A DNA stretch of 64,000 nucleotides from positions 3,065 to 67,064 of the forward strand of contig PAOZ01000019.1 in assembly GCA_002708695.1 (NCBI GenBank), given 5' to 3'. How positions within the stretch are numbered: the stretch's first letter is position 1; the number at the start of each line of letters is the position of its first letter. The notes under the pieces are model-generated. The model did not search any database. It was given only the letters and a program-made list of their open reading frames with translations, and was not told the DNA's origin. The translations under genes and the position numbers were made by a program. This DNA is from Methanobacteriota archaeon (lineage in GTDB: Archaea > Thermoplasmatota > Poseidoniia > Poseidoniales > Thalassarchaeaceae). Below are positions 39,613 to 50,975 of this stretch, piece after piece.

Positions 39613-42111
39613 TTAATCACCCAAACTACATTCAATACTAGGATAACACATTGCTGCAAGGTGTATTTCGAGGCCAATTGAAGAGGATTCGAACCAAATT
39701 GCGGTAAATCCACCAGTAACATTAGCCCGTGTAGAGTCAAAAGAATACGAACTATTTGCTCCTATTTCAGATGGGAAAGAAATATTCCAAATCGAATCCA
39801 AAGAAATAGAAGAATGAATTACAGGAATTAGAGATACTGATTCAGAACCCACATTTGAAAGATTAATTGATTGATCATTTATATTTGAATCTAAAATCAA
39901 CATTTTCCCATTGACTAAAATCGACGGACCGCTAACCATCTCATAATTTGACCTAAACGATTGCTCACACACTGTCAAGATTCCAAAATTAGGAATAATT
40001 AGTCTAGCATTCGTAATATTTTCAGAAACATGAATAATTTGAGAATTGTTATTGTTCTCATCAAATGTTTGATTCCCATTTTGTGATAACTCTGTAGTAA
40101 CAAATTCAGGACAAGAACTTGATTCATTAACATGCCATCCAATACTTCGAGCATCAATTGGATATGATGAATCAAATTCAAATCCATCTGCTAAGGCAAC
40201 TGCCGACCGATTCACATCCATCAATCTAGCAGTCAAGGAATACGAAGAACCATCGTCCGATTGATACGTTATTGTAGGACCATTTATGCCTCCATCCGAT
40301 GATAAATCAGCCATTTGAATCGCTCCTTCCATAGGCTCAACACATACCAATTCAGGTGATTCAATTGTAATGTTCATTGGATCATTCACAGAATGGGTTT
40401 CTCCTCCCACAATGCTCCACAGAGGGTTATTCAAAGTAATATTCGCAGGCAACGATTCCAAACCTACAACCATCTCAATACAATGATTCTCGTCCTGATA
40501 AAACCAACCATCATTCAAAATACGTACAGAACCACCAACTTTCACAGTCGTTTGATGTTCAAATGTAGTACCCGTAGTAGTGCTATGTAAATGTAAATTC
40601 AATTTTACTACTCCAGTAATTGAATCAGAAGGAGGTTTTAATTTAATCAATAATTTACCAGGAGTACGCTGAGAAATATTCGAATAATTACAATCTAATC
40701 CTGAAAAATCATCTTCACCAGGGCACTTAATTTCGATAATCCAACCCTCAATTACCCCTGAAGGAGAAACATGTATACTTCCTGAACTATCTAAGACTCC
40801 TTTCGGAATAAGTGGATATTCCAATGTCGAATTATTTTCAAATAAAATTTCATAATTATCAATCCAATCTTCTATGTCTAAATCCTGATTCCAGTCATCA
40901 ATTGAATAATTCACATCATAAGTCGGTAACGAAAGAATTAGCATTACTATTCCTATAGGGAGAACCCATGAGGGCATGGAGGTGTTGGCTGCATCTGTAT
41001 CATTGATAACAAGAGGAATGGGGATTGCATCGCTTTGGAAACGACGCCAAATAGCCAAACTTCCTATCGCAATCCATATCCAGAATTGGCCTTGGAAATT
41101 TACCAAAAGTGCAACTACTACTGTGAATAGAAGGAGTTGAGCTTGTTCTGATGTTTCAGTTCCCCACTTTGCAGCGCCGCGAATTGCAGTATACAGATGA
41201 TCACCAGGGAAATTAGGAATCGGGAGCAATAGAATAAATCCAACAACTGTCATACCATGTCCTGCCAATAGCATAGGAGAAGCCCATTGAACTCTGAAAA
41301 ATATTGATTCTCCAATTAACAAAGTACCCATCAATTCTGTAAACCAATTCAAATCCAAAACAAAGGGAATCTCTTCAATTGGAAGAGGATTAGTAGGTGT
41401 GAGGTGCAAACCTATCAATGCAAATCCTATTCCAGAAACAATCAATGTGAATGGTAAAACCAAAGATACCAGAGCTAAACTGATACGATTGGGGAACTGA
41501 ATCTCATCAATACGCCTGAGTTGAAGAATTCCAATCAATCCAAAAGGCCAAATCGGACTTAATCCAGTTATGGGAAATGGAATACTAATCGGCAACAGAT
41601 GGTCTACTTTGACTCCATGTGATTTTGCAACCATCCTCCTAACAACACTTGCTAAAGCAATGGTTGACATTATGGGCAACGCATACTGGATTCCTCCAAT
41701 TTGGAATGCCTCAATAGAACTAGAATCGATAGACGAATTTACTCTTCCAATCCAACCTGCACCAATTATTGTCAGAAATACAAAAGAAAGTAACCACAAA
41801 AAGATCTGTGTACTCCTTTGAATTACAGCACTTCTTACACGAATTGGAGATATTTCTAGAATATATGGTTCATCATCCTCAAGATTAGGAACCCAACCCA
41901 AAGGAGTTAATTTGGAACGTAAGTCGTCCAAACAAGAATCTACGTCATCATCTAATGCATCTACCATCCATGCATAGCCATACTGTGCTTCATTTATTTC
42001 CGAAATCACAACAAAATGTTCAGCAGTTAATTCCTCTAGGAAATCACGTTGAGTCCAAGCCTTTCTTTCCAAGCGGAGTGCTGGCACATCTGGTTCGCTC
42101 AACACTTCCAC
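39613..42111 (-). CDS. Site-2 protease (M50)-like membrane protein lacking catalytic motifs, with large C-terminal ectodomain
   Basis: M50-like layout (A..HGV, PFGLIG, LLPIP..GDH) but no HExxH; NxS/T-rich C-terminal half. Confidence 0.6.
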   Translation of the reverse strand: MEVLSEPDVPALRLERKAWTQRDFLEELTAEHFVVISEINEAQYGYAWMVDALDDDVDSCLDDLRSKLTPLGWVPNLEDDEPYILEISPIRVRSAVIQRSTQIFLWLLSFVFLTIIGAGWIGRVNSSIDSSSIEAFQIGGIQYALPIMSTIALASVVRRMVAKSHGVKVDHLLPISIPFPITGLSPIWPFGLIGILQLRRIDEIQFPNRISLALVSLVLPFTLIVSGIGFALIGLHLTPTNPLPIEEIPFVLDLNWFTELMGTLLIGESIFFRVQWASPMLLAGHGMTVVGFILLLPIPNFPGDHLYTAIRGAAKWGTETSEQAQLLLFTVVVALLVNFQGQFWIWIAIGSLAIWRRFQSDAIPIPLVINDTDAANTSMPSWVLPIGIVMLILSLPTYDVNYSIDDWNQDLDIEDWIDNYEILFENNSTLEYPLIPKGVLDSSGSIHVSPSGVIEGWIIEIKCPGEDDFSGLDCNYSNISQRTPGKLLIKLKPPSDSITGVVKLNLHLHSTTTGTTFEHQTTVKVGGSVRILNDGWFYQDENHCIEMVVGLESLPANITLNNPLWSIVGGETHSVNDPMNITIESPELVCVEPMEGAIQMADLSSDGGINGPTITYQSDDGSSYSLTARLMDVNRSAVALADGFEFDSSYPIDARSIGWHVNESSSCPEFVTTELSQNGNQTFDENNNNSQIIHVSENITNARLIIPNFGILTVCEQSFRSNYEMVSGPSILVNGKMLILDSNINDQSINLSNVGSESVSLIPVIHSSISLDSIWNISFPSEIGANSSYSFDSTRANVTGGFTAIWFESSSIGLEIHLAAMCYPSIECSLGD

Positions 42112-42189
42112 CGGTTAAGCGTCTAACTAGTTGGATATGTCATTTATGTTGCCAAAGCCAAAATATTTCTTTCAATAATTAGTGAATCA

Positions 42190-42807
42190 TCACTTATTCT
42201 TGAAGCGTTTTAACCGGAATGTCTCTTCTCTTTCCATTTCTTCTAATCGAAGTTGAATGAATGATTTTGCCTCTTCCATTTGAGGAATTACAACGAACTC
42301 CAGAGCATTTACTCTTCTTTTTGTAGCTTCTATCTCTTCAAGAAGACGTTTGAGAGTGGCTTCCATTTCTGAGGCTTTAACAATCTTCTCAATTAAGGCA
42401 GAATATCCATCTGCGGCTTCATCAATATAAGGAGAACCGCCAACTAATCCCATGCCTCTTTCATCCATTGTAGAGGATAGATTTTCACCAGAAACACTCG
42501 GGACAACCACTCCCATGATATTTCTCCTCTCGACCATTACCTCTGGATGATTCGATATAGCAATTGCAGCACTCTGAACTTCAAGCCCTCCTTCTATTGC
42601 ACTAGCCAAATCAATACCTTGTTTTGCTTCTCTGAAGGTTTGAACAAGTTCTTCTCTCGCAGAAATCATCTCAGAAAGTAGGGTTCTAAATTCGTGGAAA
42701 AGACCATCTCGCTTCATCTTCAGAAGTTTGTAACCATTCTGAGTCTGCTTTATTCGGCGTTTCAAGTTGATTAGTTCACTGCGTGCAGGTTTGATATCTA
42801 ACGCCAT
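42190..42807 (-). CDS. atpD: A-type ATP synthase subunit D
   Basis: GYKLLKMKRD, NIMGV, TKRRVNALE, LEEMERE. Confidence 0.96.
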   Translation of the reverse strand: MALDIKPARSELINLKRRIKQTQNGYKLLKMKRDGLFHEFRTLLSEMISAREELVQTFREAKQGIDLASAIEGGLEVQSAAIAISNHPEVMVERRNIMGVVVPSVSGENLSSTMDERGMGLVGGSPYIDEAADGYSALIEKIVKASEMEATLKRLLEEIEATKRRVNALEFVVIPQMEEAKSFIQLRLEEMEREETFRLKRFKNK

Positions 42808-42841
42808 GATAAATCACCTCCTCATATTTCCTTGAATAAAT

Positions 42842-44224
42842 TCATTCCTTCTTTTCATTAGGATGGTACTTAGAAATAAGTTCATCATCTAATCTTTCAA
42901 GATATTTGGTGTCAATATTTGCCAACAATTCCCAACAAAGATTGAGTGTGCCATCAATAGTTCGATCTTCATCACGACCCTGCCTAACGAATTTATCCTC
43001 AAAGATATCTGAAAACTTGAGATATTGTAAATCTCTCTCATTCAATGCATCTTCACCTACAATCGCAACAAGTCCACGTAGTTCACGACCTTGAGCATAT
43101 GCTGCATACATCTGGTCACTGATTTTCTTATGATCATCACGTGTTGTTTCTTCACCAATACAACCACCCATCAATCTCGACAAGGATGGAAGAACGTTAA
43201 TCGGCGGATAAATTCCAGCTTGATGCAATTCACGAGAAATCACAATTTGTCCTTCAGTAATATATCCAGAAAGATCAGGAATTGGATGAGTAATATCATC
43301 ACCAGGCATTGTCAAGATTGGGAACTGAGTGATGCTTCCCTTCTTCCCTTTTACAATTCCTGCACGTTCGTAAAGCATTGCTAAGTCAGTATACATGTAT
43401 CCAGGGTAACCACGACGACCAGGTACTTCTTCACGAGCTGCACCAATCTGACGCAGAGAATCACAATAGTTGGTCATGTCCGTGTAGATAACCAAAACGT
43501 GATAGTCGTGTTCAAACGCAAGATATTCTGCCGCAGTTAAAGCAAGTCTAGGAGTAATCAATCGTTCAACTGCAGGATCGTCTGCCAGATTAACGAATAA
43601 AACCGCATTTTCTAAAGCGCCAGTTCGTTCCAAATCAGCACGGAAGAAATTGTATTCCTCAGCAGTAATTCCCATTGCACAGAACACTACAATAAATTCT
43701 TCATCACTGTCCTTCAATTTTGCTTGACGAGCAATCTGCAAAGCGATATCGTTGTGAGGAAGTCCAGATGCACTAAAGATTGGAAGTTTCTGTCCTCTAA
43801 CCAAAGTAGTACAACAATCAATTGCACTAACTCCTGTCTGAATAAAATCATGAGGAGATTGGCGCGAATAAGGGTTAATTGCAGCACCAATAATGTCTGC
43901 TTTCTCATCTGCAACAATGTCAGGACCACCGTCTCTTGGTCTACCGGCTCCATCTAAAATTCGGCCAACTAAACCTTTGCTAACTGGTAATTTGAATACA
44001 TCTCCAAGGAACTTTACTCCTGCTCTACGATCAATACCTTCTGTGCCTTCAAACACCTGAACAACAACCATATCATCGGATGTATCTAACACTTGGCCGT
44101 TCTTTGTAGAACCATCAGAAAGTCGAATTGTTACAATCTCACCATATGCTACCGGTTCTGTCTTCTCTAGGAACACCAAAGGTCCCTTAATGTCAGTAAT
44201 TGTCTTGTATTCTTTACTTGTCAT
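42842..44224 (-). CDS. atpB: A-type ATP synthase subunit B
   Basis: [33 protein letters not shown]. Confidence 0.98.
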   Translation of the reverse strand: MTSKEYKTITDIKGPLVFLEKTEPVAYGEIVTIRLSDGSTKNGQVLDTSDDMVVVQVFEGTEGIDRRAGVKFLGDVFKLPVSKGLVGRILDGAGRPRDGGPDIVADEKADIIGAAINPYSRQSPHDFIQTGVSAIDCCTTLVRGQKLPIFSASGLPHNDIALQIARQAKLKDSDEEFIVVFCAMGITAEEYNFFRADLERTGALENAVLFVNLADDPAVERLITPRLALTAAEYLAFEHDYHVLVIYTDMTNYCDSLRQIGAAREEVPGRRGYPGYMYTDLAMLYERAGIVKGKKGSITQFPILTMPGDDITHPIPDLSGYITEGQIVISRELHQAGIYPPINVLPSLSRLMGGCIGEETTRDDHKKISDQMYAAYAQGRELRGLVAIVGEDALNERDLQYLKFSDIFEDKFVRQGRDEDRTIDGTLNLCWELLANIDTKYLERLDDELISKYHPNEKKE

Positions 44225-44237
44225 TTTTCATACCCCC

Positions 44238-45980
44238 CTACTGGGCCTCCACAGAATTGCCAATCTGATTCACCATTTCTTCGACGAGCCCTTCAATCTT
44301 CTCAAGATATCCTTCTGCAAATCTAGCACGCATTAATTCAATGCGTGCAGGAACATTCACAACATCTTCTAGAACTGCTCCAGCAGCCATGGCTTTCTTT
44401 GCTTCTTCTTGGAATGTAAGAATTGCACGAGCCATAGCATATTGCTGCTCAACTCCACTATATGCATCAACAGGATCGAAACCATTCTGCTGAAGGAAGT
44501 ATACACGAATCATACGTGCTACCTCAAGAGTTAGTTGTTGATCCATTGGCAATGCATCTGAACCAACTAATTGGACAATTTCTTGCAACTCGGCTTCAAC
44601 CTTGAGGAGTGCACTAATTTCTGTCCTAACTTCAGGAAAATCACTTGCAATATTATCTCTGAACCATTGATTTAGACTCTGAGGATATAATGAATAAGAA
44701 TTCAGCCAATTAATTGCAGGGAAATGCCGCTGTCTTGCTAAACCCGCATCAAGCCCCCAGAAAACTTTCACAATTCGAAGTGTACCTTGGCTAACTGGTT
44801 CTGAAATATCACCACCAGGTGGAGATACTGCACCAATAACAGTAACAGAACCGTCATCTCCATTCAAGGTCTCAACACGACCTGCACGCTCATAGAATTC
44901 AGCTAAACGGCTAGATAGGTATGCAGGATAACCTTCCTCTCCAGGCATCTCTTCAAGACGACTAGAAATTTCACGCATTGCTTCTGCCCAACGACTAGTA
45001 GAATCAGCCATAAGAGCAACGTCATATCCTTGATCTCGGAAATATTCTGCAATAGTAATACCTGTATACACAGATGCTTCTCGAGCAGCAACAGGCATAT
45101 TGGAAGTATTGGCAATCATGACAGTTCTATTCATCAAAGGCTTCCCTGTATTAGGATCGATTAGATGAGGGAATTCGTCCAATACTTCAGTCATTTCATT
45201 ACCTCGCTCTCCACATCCGATATAAACCACAATTTGTGCATCAGAATACTTTGCAAGAGACTGCTGAGTAACGGTCTTACCTGAACCAAACGGACCAGGA
45301 ATTCCCGCTGCTCCACCTTTTGCCAATGGGAAAAGGAAATCTAGAATTCTCATACCTGTAACAAGTGGAGTGTCAGGAGCATATTTCTGGTTAAACGGAC
45401 GAGGATGACGTACCGGCCATTCTTGCATCATCTGAATCTCAGTTCCATCATCGAGAGTACATACTGTTTGAGTAACATTGAACTCCCCTGATTCTAGTGA
45501 TTTTATTTTTCCAGATGCCTTAGGTGGAACCATAATTTTGTGAGTGATTGTATCGGTTTCCTGCACAGTACCAATTACCTGTCCACCTGAAACCTCGTCA
45601 CCAACAGATGCTGTTGCTTCAAATTCCCACTTCTTCTCCAAATCAAGACCATCGGCATCGACTCCTCGAGTAATGAACACACCCATTACTTCCTCTAAAG
45701 TTTGAAGAGGACGTTGAATACCATCGTAAATCTGTGTAAGTAGACCTGGACCTAATTGCACGGAAAGTGTCTGTCCTGTACTAAATACTGGTTCTCCAGG
45801 ACGAATACCAGATGTATCCTCGTAAACTTGAATCACGGATTGTTCGCCGTGAATCTCAATTACTTCACCCATTAGTTTTTCATGCCCTACACGGACCACT
45901 TCGTACATTCTTGCATCAATTCCCGTCGCTGTAACGACAGGTCCTGAAATTCGATATATGACGCCTTCATTATTACTCAT
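44238..45980 (-). CDS. atpA: A-type ATP synthase subunit A
   Basis: [28 protein letters not shown]; no intein. Confidence 0.98.
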   Translation of the reverse strand: MSNNEGVIYRISGPVVTATGIDARMYEVVRVGHEKLMGEVIEIHGEQSVIQVYEDTSGIRPGEPVFSTGQTLSVQLGPGLLTQIYDGIQRPLQTLEEVMGVFITRGVDADGLDLEKKWEFEATASVGDEVSGGQVIGTVQETDTITHKIMVPPKASGKIKSLESGEFNVTQTVCTLDDGTEIQMMQEWPVRHPRPFNQKYAPDTPLVTGMRILDFLFPLAKGGAAGIPGPFGSGKTVTQQSLAKYSDAQIVVYIGCGERGNEMTEVLDEFPHLIDPNTGKPLMNRTVMIANTSNMPVAAREASVYTGITIAEYFRDQGYDVALMADSTSRWAEAMREISSRLEEMPGEEGYPAYLSSRLAEFYERAGRVETLNGDDGSVTVIGAVSPPGGDISEPVSQGTLRIVKVFWGLDAGLARQRHFPAINWLNSYSLYPQSLNQWFRDNIASDFPEVRTEISALLKVEAELQEIVQLVGSDALPMDQQLTLEVARMIRVYFLQQNGFDPVDAYSGVEQQYAMARAILTFQEEAKKAMAAGAVLEDVVNVPARIELMRARFAEGYLEKIEGLVEEMVNQIGNSVEAQ

Positions 45981-46003
45981 TTCTTCACTTCCTTTGTGTT
46001 TTT

Positions 46004-46303
46004 TCACTTCCATAAATCGACACCAAGTGCCTTTCTGATGGACTCCCGCAAGGTGTTATCCTCCTCAGTACCAATACCAAGGAATGTGGGCGTAATGCTC
46101 AGGTTAACCTGATCACGGACACGCTCCGGTAAACGACTTAGGTCGCGGGAATCTAATACTACGATGCCAATATCACTATCTGACATCAACTCGCGACATG
46201 TTGTCGCAAGTTCATCAATAGTTGTAGGATTGTGAAGATGAGTAATGCCTGCCAATTGGAAACCAAGCGTAAATTCAGGATTTCCGACAACTGCTATTTC
46301 CAA
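46004..46303 (-). CDS. atpF: A-type ATP synthase subunit F
   Basis: [23 protein letters not shown]; GGAGGTGA SD before TTG. Confidence 0.93.
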   Translation of the reverse strand: MEIAVVGNPEFTLGFQLAGITHLHNPTTIDELATTCRELMSDSDIGIVVLDSRDLSRLPERVRDQVNLSITPTFLGIGTEEDNTLRESIRKALGVDLWK

Positions 46304-46314
46304 ACTTTCACCTC

Positions 46315-47361
46315 CTACAATGTTAAATGCGCTTCAATAATGCCTTCCGGCAAACCTGCCGCTTTACCGCGCACGAGTAAGCGTAGGTTTTCAACCTCGA
46401 GTAATTTCCTCTCAATATAATAGACAATGGGGACTCCGGAAATAGGATTAAGATGTGAAAAACGAAGCAATAGTTCACTTCTCTTATGATGAAATAAATC
46501 TACTACTGGATCTAAGGAAATACCCGCATCGACCGCAGCAAAGGCTGCTTCAAGACCCTCGTCATCGAAACTAGGTGTTCGCCGTAATGCTGCAAGAATA
46601 TCGTCATTATTTTGAGCTGCCAGCAGACCTTTCTCAGTTGCCTTAGATAAACCACTTCCTGGAACAAATATTTGCGACCTCTTTTCATTTGACAAACCTT
46701 GACGCATTGCCCTCATTATATTCAAAACATCACGATGAGCAATTTCCATTCTAAGGTATCTCTTGAGGCACGAATGTGGACCTCGTGTAGGAATTGATTT
46801 CAAGGCCTGTCTATAATAGGCTCTATCTAAGGCATCTTCATATTCTGCTAAACCTGCTTCAGGTGGAACTTCGGAGAATATCCTAGTTCCAATTCTCATC
46901 TTGCTAATGGATGTGGCGGCTTCAGCGAGGTTGGAGGATGAATCGATGATGGAGATCCATCGCGTGTTATGCGGGTTTTCCGCAGGTAACGCACCTTCGC
47001 CTACTCTGGAGCCATCTGCTCCACTTTTTACTGCTCTAAGAACTGCCTTCGCTTTATTGAAATCAACTCTTAGAGCCCAGACATCAACAATATCAGCTAA
47101 CTCACCATTACAAAATCGCTCCACTTCATGGACTTCTCGATCTAAATTATGACTTAATGCTGCTTCAACAAGTTCTGCACCATTTAATCGATGACCATAC
47201 AAATCCATATCAGCACGATATCCAGCATCCCCAATGGTATTTGCAATACTATCAGGTTCTAATTTCAACAATTGCCGAATTCTAGTCCTATCAAGTAAAC
47301 GAGATCTACGTGAACGAGCACGGGCTGCTGCATTTGCCCAATTCGCTCGCCCTAACCACAT
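46315..47361 (-). CDS. atpC: A-type ATP synthase subunit C
   Basis: ANAAARAR..RLL, EVENLRLLVRGK; operon position. Confidence 0.9.
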   Translation of the reverse strand: MWLGRANWANAAARARSRRSRLLDRTRIRQLLKLEPDSIANTIGDAGYRADMDLYGHRLNGAELVEAALSHNLDREVHEVERFCNGELADIVDVWALRVDFNKAKAVLRAVKSGADGSRVGEGALPAENPHNTRWISIIDSSSNLAEAATSISKMRIGTRIFSEVPPEAGLAEYEDALDRAYYRQALKSIPTRGPHSCLKRYLRMEIAHRDVLNIMRAMRQGLSNEKRSQIFVPGSGLSKATEKGLLAAQNNDDILAALRRTPSFDDEGLEAAFAAVDAGISLDPVVDLFHHKRSELLLRFSHLNPISGVPIVYYIERKLLEVENLRLLVRGKAAGLPEGIIEAHLTL

Positions 47362-47370
47362 AAATATCCC

Positions 47371-47937
47371 TCATTCACCAAATAATGTCCTAGTTACATC
47401 GCCGAGGGAATCCATCCAGACTTCCTCTAACCTATTATCAAAAGTAAAATCTAACCGTATGCTATTATCTTCTGCAACTAGAATAAAACCACCAAGCGCA
47501 TCAATGTCGTCACCAATTTTGTAACCACTGGCTTTCTGCTCTAGAGCTGCTCTATCGATTGAAGCAGGCAATAATGTCATTTTTCCTGAACTTTCTGATT
47601 TAGCCTGTTTTAACATCGAGTCTAACATCGCTGAACGTTTGGCCAACTTAGGATTTCCAAGTTGACTACGAACTGCATCTAATGTAATGTCGATTTCTTC
47701 TCTACGGGCAATCAGAACGTCCTTTTGGTTCATCTGCCTAGCACTAGCAACTGATTCTTTAGCAATTTGAGATGCCTCTATTTCTGAACCAGATAGAGTA
47801 GAAGAAGCATGTGCTTCGATCTCTTTCTGGGCCTCAGATGCAATAGCTGCAGCTTGAGTCTCGGCCTCTGAAATTATGGCCTTGGCTTCCTTCGCCGCTT
47901 CCGCTGCTATGTCCTTAGCAAGTTTTTCTAAACTCAT
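47371..47937 (-). CDS. atpE: A-type ATP synthase subunit E
   Basis: Ala/Glu coiled coil, LGGFIL..RLDFTF; operon position. Confidence 0.9.
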   Translation of the reverse strand: MSLEKLAKDIAAEAAKEAKAIISEAETQAAAIASEAQKEIEAHASSTLSGSEIEASQIAKESVASARQMNQKDVLIARREEIDITLDAVRSQLGNPKLAKRSAMLDSMLKQAKSESSGKMTLLPASIDRAALEQKASGYKIGDDIDALGGFILVAEDNSIRLDFTFDNRLEEVWMDSLGDVTRTLFGE

Positions 47938-47981
47938 GTACAATCCTCACAATCGTGGGTAAGTATTCGAATTCCGAATGT

Positions 47982-48299
47982 TCACATCAAGAACATTGCA
48001 AGGAAACCGAACAATACGATGGTCTCAGGTAGTGCCGTAAAGATTAGACCTGTAACGAACTTGTCGCCATCTTCAGCAACCATTCCTACAGCTGCTGCTC
48101 CAATCTGTCCTTGGCTGAGGCCAGTGCCAACACCAGCTAAGCCTAGGGCGATTCCTGCTCCAAGGGGCATACCCCAGGAGTAACCTCCGCTGGCTGTAGC
48201 TGCGACTGCACCAGTCGCTGCAACCACGTCTGCCATGCCAATAAAGGCTAGCAGAACGATCATCATTCTCATCACGTTTCTCATCATCTTTGGGTTCAT
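47982..48299 (-). CDS. atpK: A-type ATP synthase proteolipid subunit K (c) with N-terminal signal-like extension
   Basis: GLAGVGTGLSQGQIGAAA, LPETIVLFG. Confidence 0.93.
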   Translation of the reverse strand: MNPKMMRNVMRMMIVLLAFIGMADVVAATGAVAATASGGYSWGMPLGAGIALGLAGVGTGLSQGQIGAAAVGMVAEDGDKFVTGLIFTALPETIVLFGFLAMFLM

Positions 48300-48323
48300 T
48301 TCTCATTCCTCCGTTGTTTTGTA

Positions 48324-48345
48324 TCCTGCGCGAAACCGCGCGGGA
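48324..48345. other. GC-rich hairpin between atpI and atpK
   Basis: TCCTGCGCG-AAAC-CGCGCGGGA in an AT-rich context. Confidence 0.45.
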
Positions 48346-48348
48346 ATG

Positions 48349-50535
48349 TCATTGTTGCCCCGAATCCACCTCCACGAATTGGGACCGTCCTCCTAGGGGA
48401 GCAAATGCTCTCCCCGAAGCGGTGTAGAATTGGCGCATCCATTCAACAAAATGGAGTCTAGCAGCATGAATATTGGGGCTAAACACTCCCAATACCCATG
48501 CGAAAATTTGGACTGAAAACCATCCAATTAAAGCGATAATAGCAACTAGGAAAGAACCTGAAGAAAAACCTTCGACAATCATTGGATAAAGTAAACCATT
48601 ACCCGCCTCAGCGATTTTAACTCCTACAATTCCAACTGCAAATAATCGAACGTAGGACAAGGTGGTTGGCAACATTCCAATTGCTTCAATTGGACCCAAT
48701 AGAAGAGCGACTGGTAATGGCACATTTTCATGAGTTAGATGTACGATAATTAGAGCAACCCCGATGGCTGCAGCAACTGCTCCTCCGGTTTGTAAATCCA
48801 AAAGAAGTGCCTCGTATTCAGCAGAAGGGTTTCCTTGGAGAATTAGATAGGCATAGGAGAAAAAGAAACCTCCTCCCAAGACCAACATCCAAGATACCTT
48901 TCCAAATAAAGCTCCAGACCAGCCATGTCCATGTCTAATCTCGTCAATAGCTCCCAAAACAAAAGCTATCATCAGATGAACGACTCCCAAGTATATTGTA
49001 AGGAGAATTAAATCGGTTAAATTCCCAGTTACCCTATGGAATGGGAATGCTAAAACAACGCCCATCGGAAGATTTGCCTCAAACAAATTATGATGATTGG
49101 AAAATTCTCCACCAGATGGGTACATTATTGATAGAGAGGAGGCCCAAGAAGGAACTCCATCAGTAAATACCCAATGACATCCTGAACCATAAGACCCTCC
49201 AGCAGCATGTAAAGCAGCCTCGCAATGCCAATGAGGAAGTATTTCAAAACCAGCAAATTCTCCATAAATATAACCAAACAGAATAGTGGATATTCCAATG
49301 TATGACAATAGTTTTGCACCAAGAATACCTAATTCATTGCCAGAATCTTTAGTTTTCATGTATACGAGTCCGCCAAGACCTAAGGTCATCAACCCATACA
49401 ACATATCTCCCAACATTAAACCGAAGAACAATGGATATGTGAATAGCATGAAAACAGTGGGATCAATCTTGCCATAATCAGAACGACCGACAGCATCAGT
49501 AAGTAATTCCATTGGTTTAGAAAGACCGTGATCTCCAAATGCAATTGGGGGACTAGGAGAATCATGATGATCATCATGACCATGTAATCCATGATGTTTT
49601 GGAGCAACATCAGTATCTACATGGATATGACTACAATGGGAGCCGATAGAGGCCTGAACTTCTTCAACCCTATCTGCGACAACCCACCCATCTATGACAA
49701 ATGCATGCTTACTGACAGCGATTCTAGTAGGTGCAGTAGATTCTACAAAATCTCTCTCTAATAGTTCCAAACCACAAAGGAATTTGGGGCCATGGGATGT
49801 ACTCCAATCTTCCAGTGCTTTTTCCAAATTGATTTTCTCATTTTCAAGAGTTTCAAGATTCTTATTTTCTACAGTTAATTCAGAAGAAGGTGAACCTTCA
49901 CCTGAAGGAGGTTGGACAGCAGTAAATCCTAACGAATCCAAGGCCTTAGATGCAGAGTCAGCATCTTCATTTCGCACTACAACCAAGCAAAGATTCCCAT
50001 TATCTGTTTTTGCGCTAGCGACAAAACCTTCAACTCCTGCTTCTTTGAGCGATGAATTTACAGAACCTTTGCCTGAAATTCTGCCAATCAATGCAGTAGC
50101 CGAACGATATCCGTCTAAAAGATCTAAATCAACATCTAAAGCGGTAAAATCTTCCAACGATTGAACTCTCTCTTTAGAGGAATTAATCAATGAAGTAAGG
50201 TCTTCAATCCGCTCTATTTTACTAGCTACATCCGTTACTGCATCACCTAAAGAGCCTGAAATCCATTCTCGGACTTTAGATTCAACTGCTTTACTAGTAG
50301 GCCTCTCTGGATTGATCCAATTAGAAACACTACGATAAGTAGTCAATTGTTTTGCTATATCTTCATGATCTTCACGAGGTGAACCTAAATCCAAGCCGTC
50401 TCCATCTTCTCCATCAAAATCAATGATATCAATAGCATTCAGAGCTACTAATCGATGCATCACTTCATCTAGATTGGATCGTAAACCAGCAACAACAAAC
50501 CGTGCCATAGGCCGATTTGTCATCTCTCCAACCAT
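48349..50535 (-). CDS. atpI: A-type ATP synthase subunit I (a)
   Basis: IDPT..FFGLMLGD, LSYVRLFA, HAARLHFVEW; GGGTGA SD before ATG 50535. Confidence 0.95.
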   Translation of the reverse strand: MVGEMTNRPMARFVVAGLRSNLDEVMHRLVALNAIDIIDFDGEDGDGLDLGSPREDHEDIAKQLTTYRSVSNWINPERPTSKAVESKVREWISGSLGDAVTDVASKIERIEDLTSLINSSKERVQSLEDFTALDVDLDLLDGYRSATALIGRISGKGSVNSSLKEAGVEGFVASAKTDNGNLCLVVVRNEDADSASKALDSLGFTAVQPPSGEGSPSSELTVENKNLETLENEKINLEKALEDWSTSHGPKFLCGLELLERDFVESTAPTRIAVSKHAFVIDGWVVADRVEEVQASIGSHCSHIHVDTDVAPKHHGLHGHDDHHDSPSPPIAFGDHGLSKPMELLTDAVGRSDYGKIDPTVFMLFTYPLFFGLMLGDMLYGLMTLGLGGLVYMKTKDSGNELGILGAKLLSYIGISTILFGYIYGEFAGFEILPHWHCEAALHAAGGSYGSGCHWVFTDGVPSWASSLSIMYPSGGEFSNHHNLFEANLPMGVVLAFPFHRVTGNLTDLILLTIYLGVVHLMIAFVLGAIDEIRHGHGWSGALFGKVSWMLVLGGGFFFSYAYLILQGNPSAEYEALLLDLQTGGAVAAAIGVALIIVHLTHENVPLPVALLLGPIEAIGMLPTTLSYVRLFAVGIVGVKIAEAGNGLLYPMIVEGFSSGSFLVAIIALIGWFSVQIFAWVLGVFSPNIHAARLHFVEWMRQFYTASGRAFAPLGGRSQFVEVDSGQQ

Positions 50536-50546
50536 CAAAATCACCC

Positions 50547-50861
50547 TTAATTTCGAATTGCATCCAATACCAATGAAATTGCTGCGTCCCGATTTGATTC
50601 AGCATTTGAATGAACATCAGAAAGTGCTCCAGACCCAGATTCTTTCACTTTCGCTGCCTCCCCAGAAGCGGAATCTCGGGCTGCCTGAAGATTACTCTGT
50701 GCCGATGCCTCTGTTTCACGACGACCAGCGTTGATAGATTCAGTTGCGGCGGCGCGAGCATCCGAAAGAATACGGGATGCTTTCTCCTTTGCATCAAGAA
50801 TCGTTTTTTCAGCAGAAGCCTCGGCTTCCTTGACGGCACGTAGGATGTCATCTCTTCCCAA
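50547..50861 (-). CDS. atpH: A-type ATP synthase subunit H/G (peripheral stalk)
   Basis: ILRAVKEAE..A Ala-rich coiled coil; first gene of operon. Confidence 0.85.
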   Translation of the reverse strand: MGRDDILRAVKEAEASAEKTILDAKEKASRILSDARAAATESINAGRRETEASAQSNLQAARDSASGEAAKVKESGSGALSDVHSNAESNRDAAISLVLDAIRN

Positions 50862-50975
50862 AGTGAATCACCTTGCTCACGCCCAATAATGATGGGCTTA
50901 TCATATTGACCGTTAAGGATTGACTCCAGAAAATCACAACTCAAAACTCATAGCCATCCAATAATTGGGCCACAT

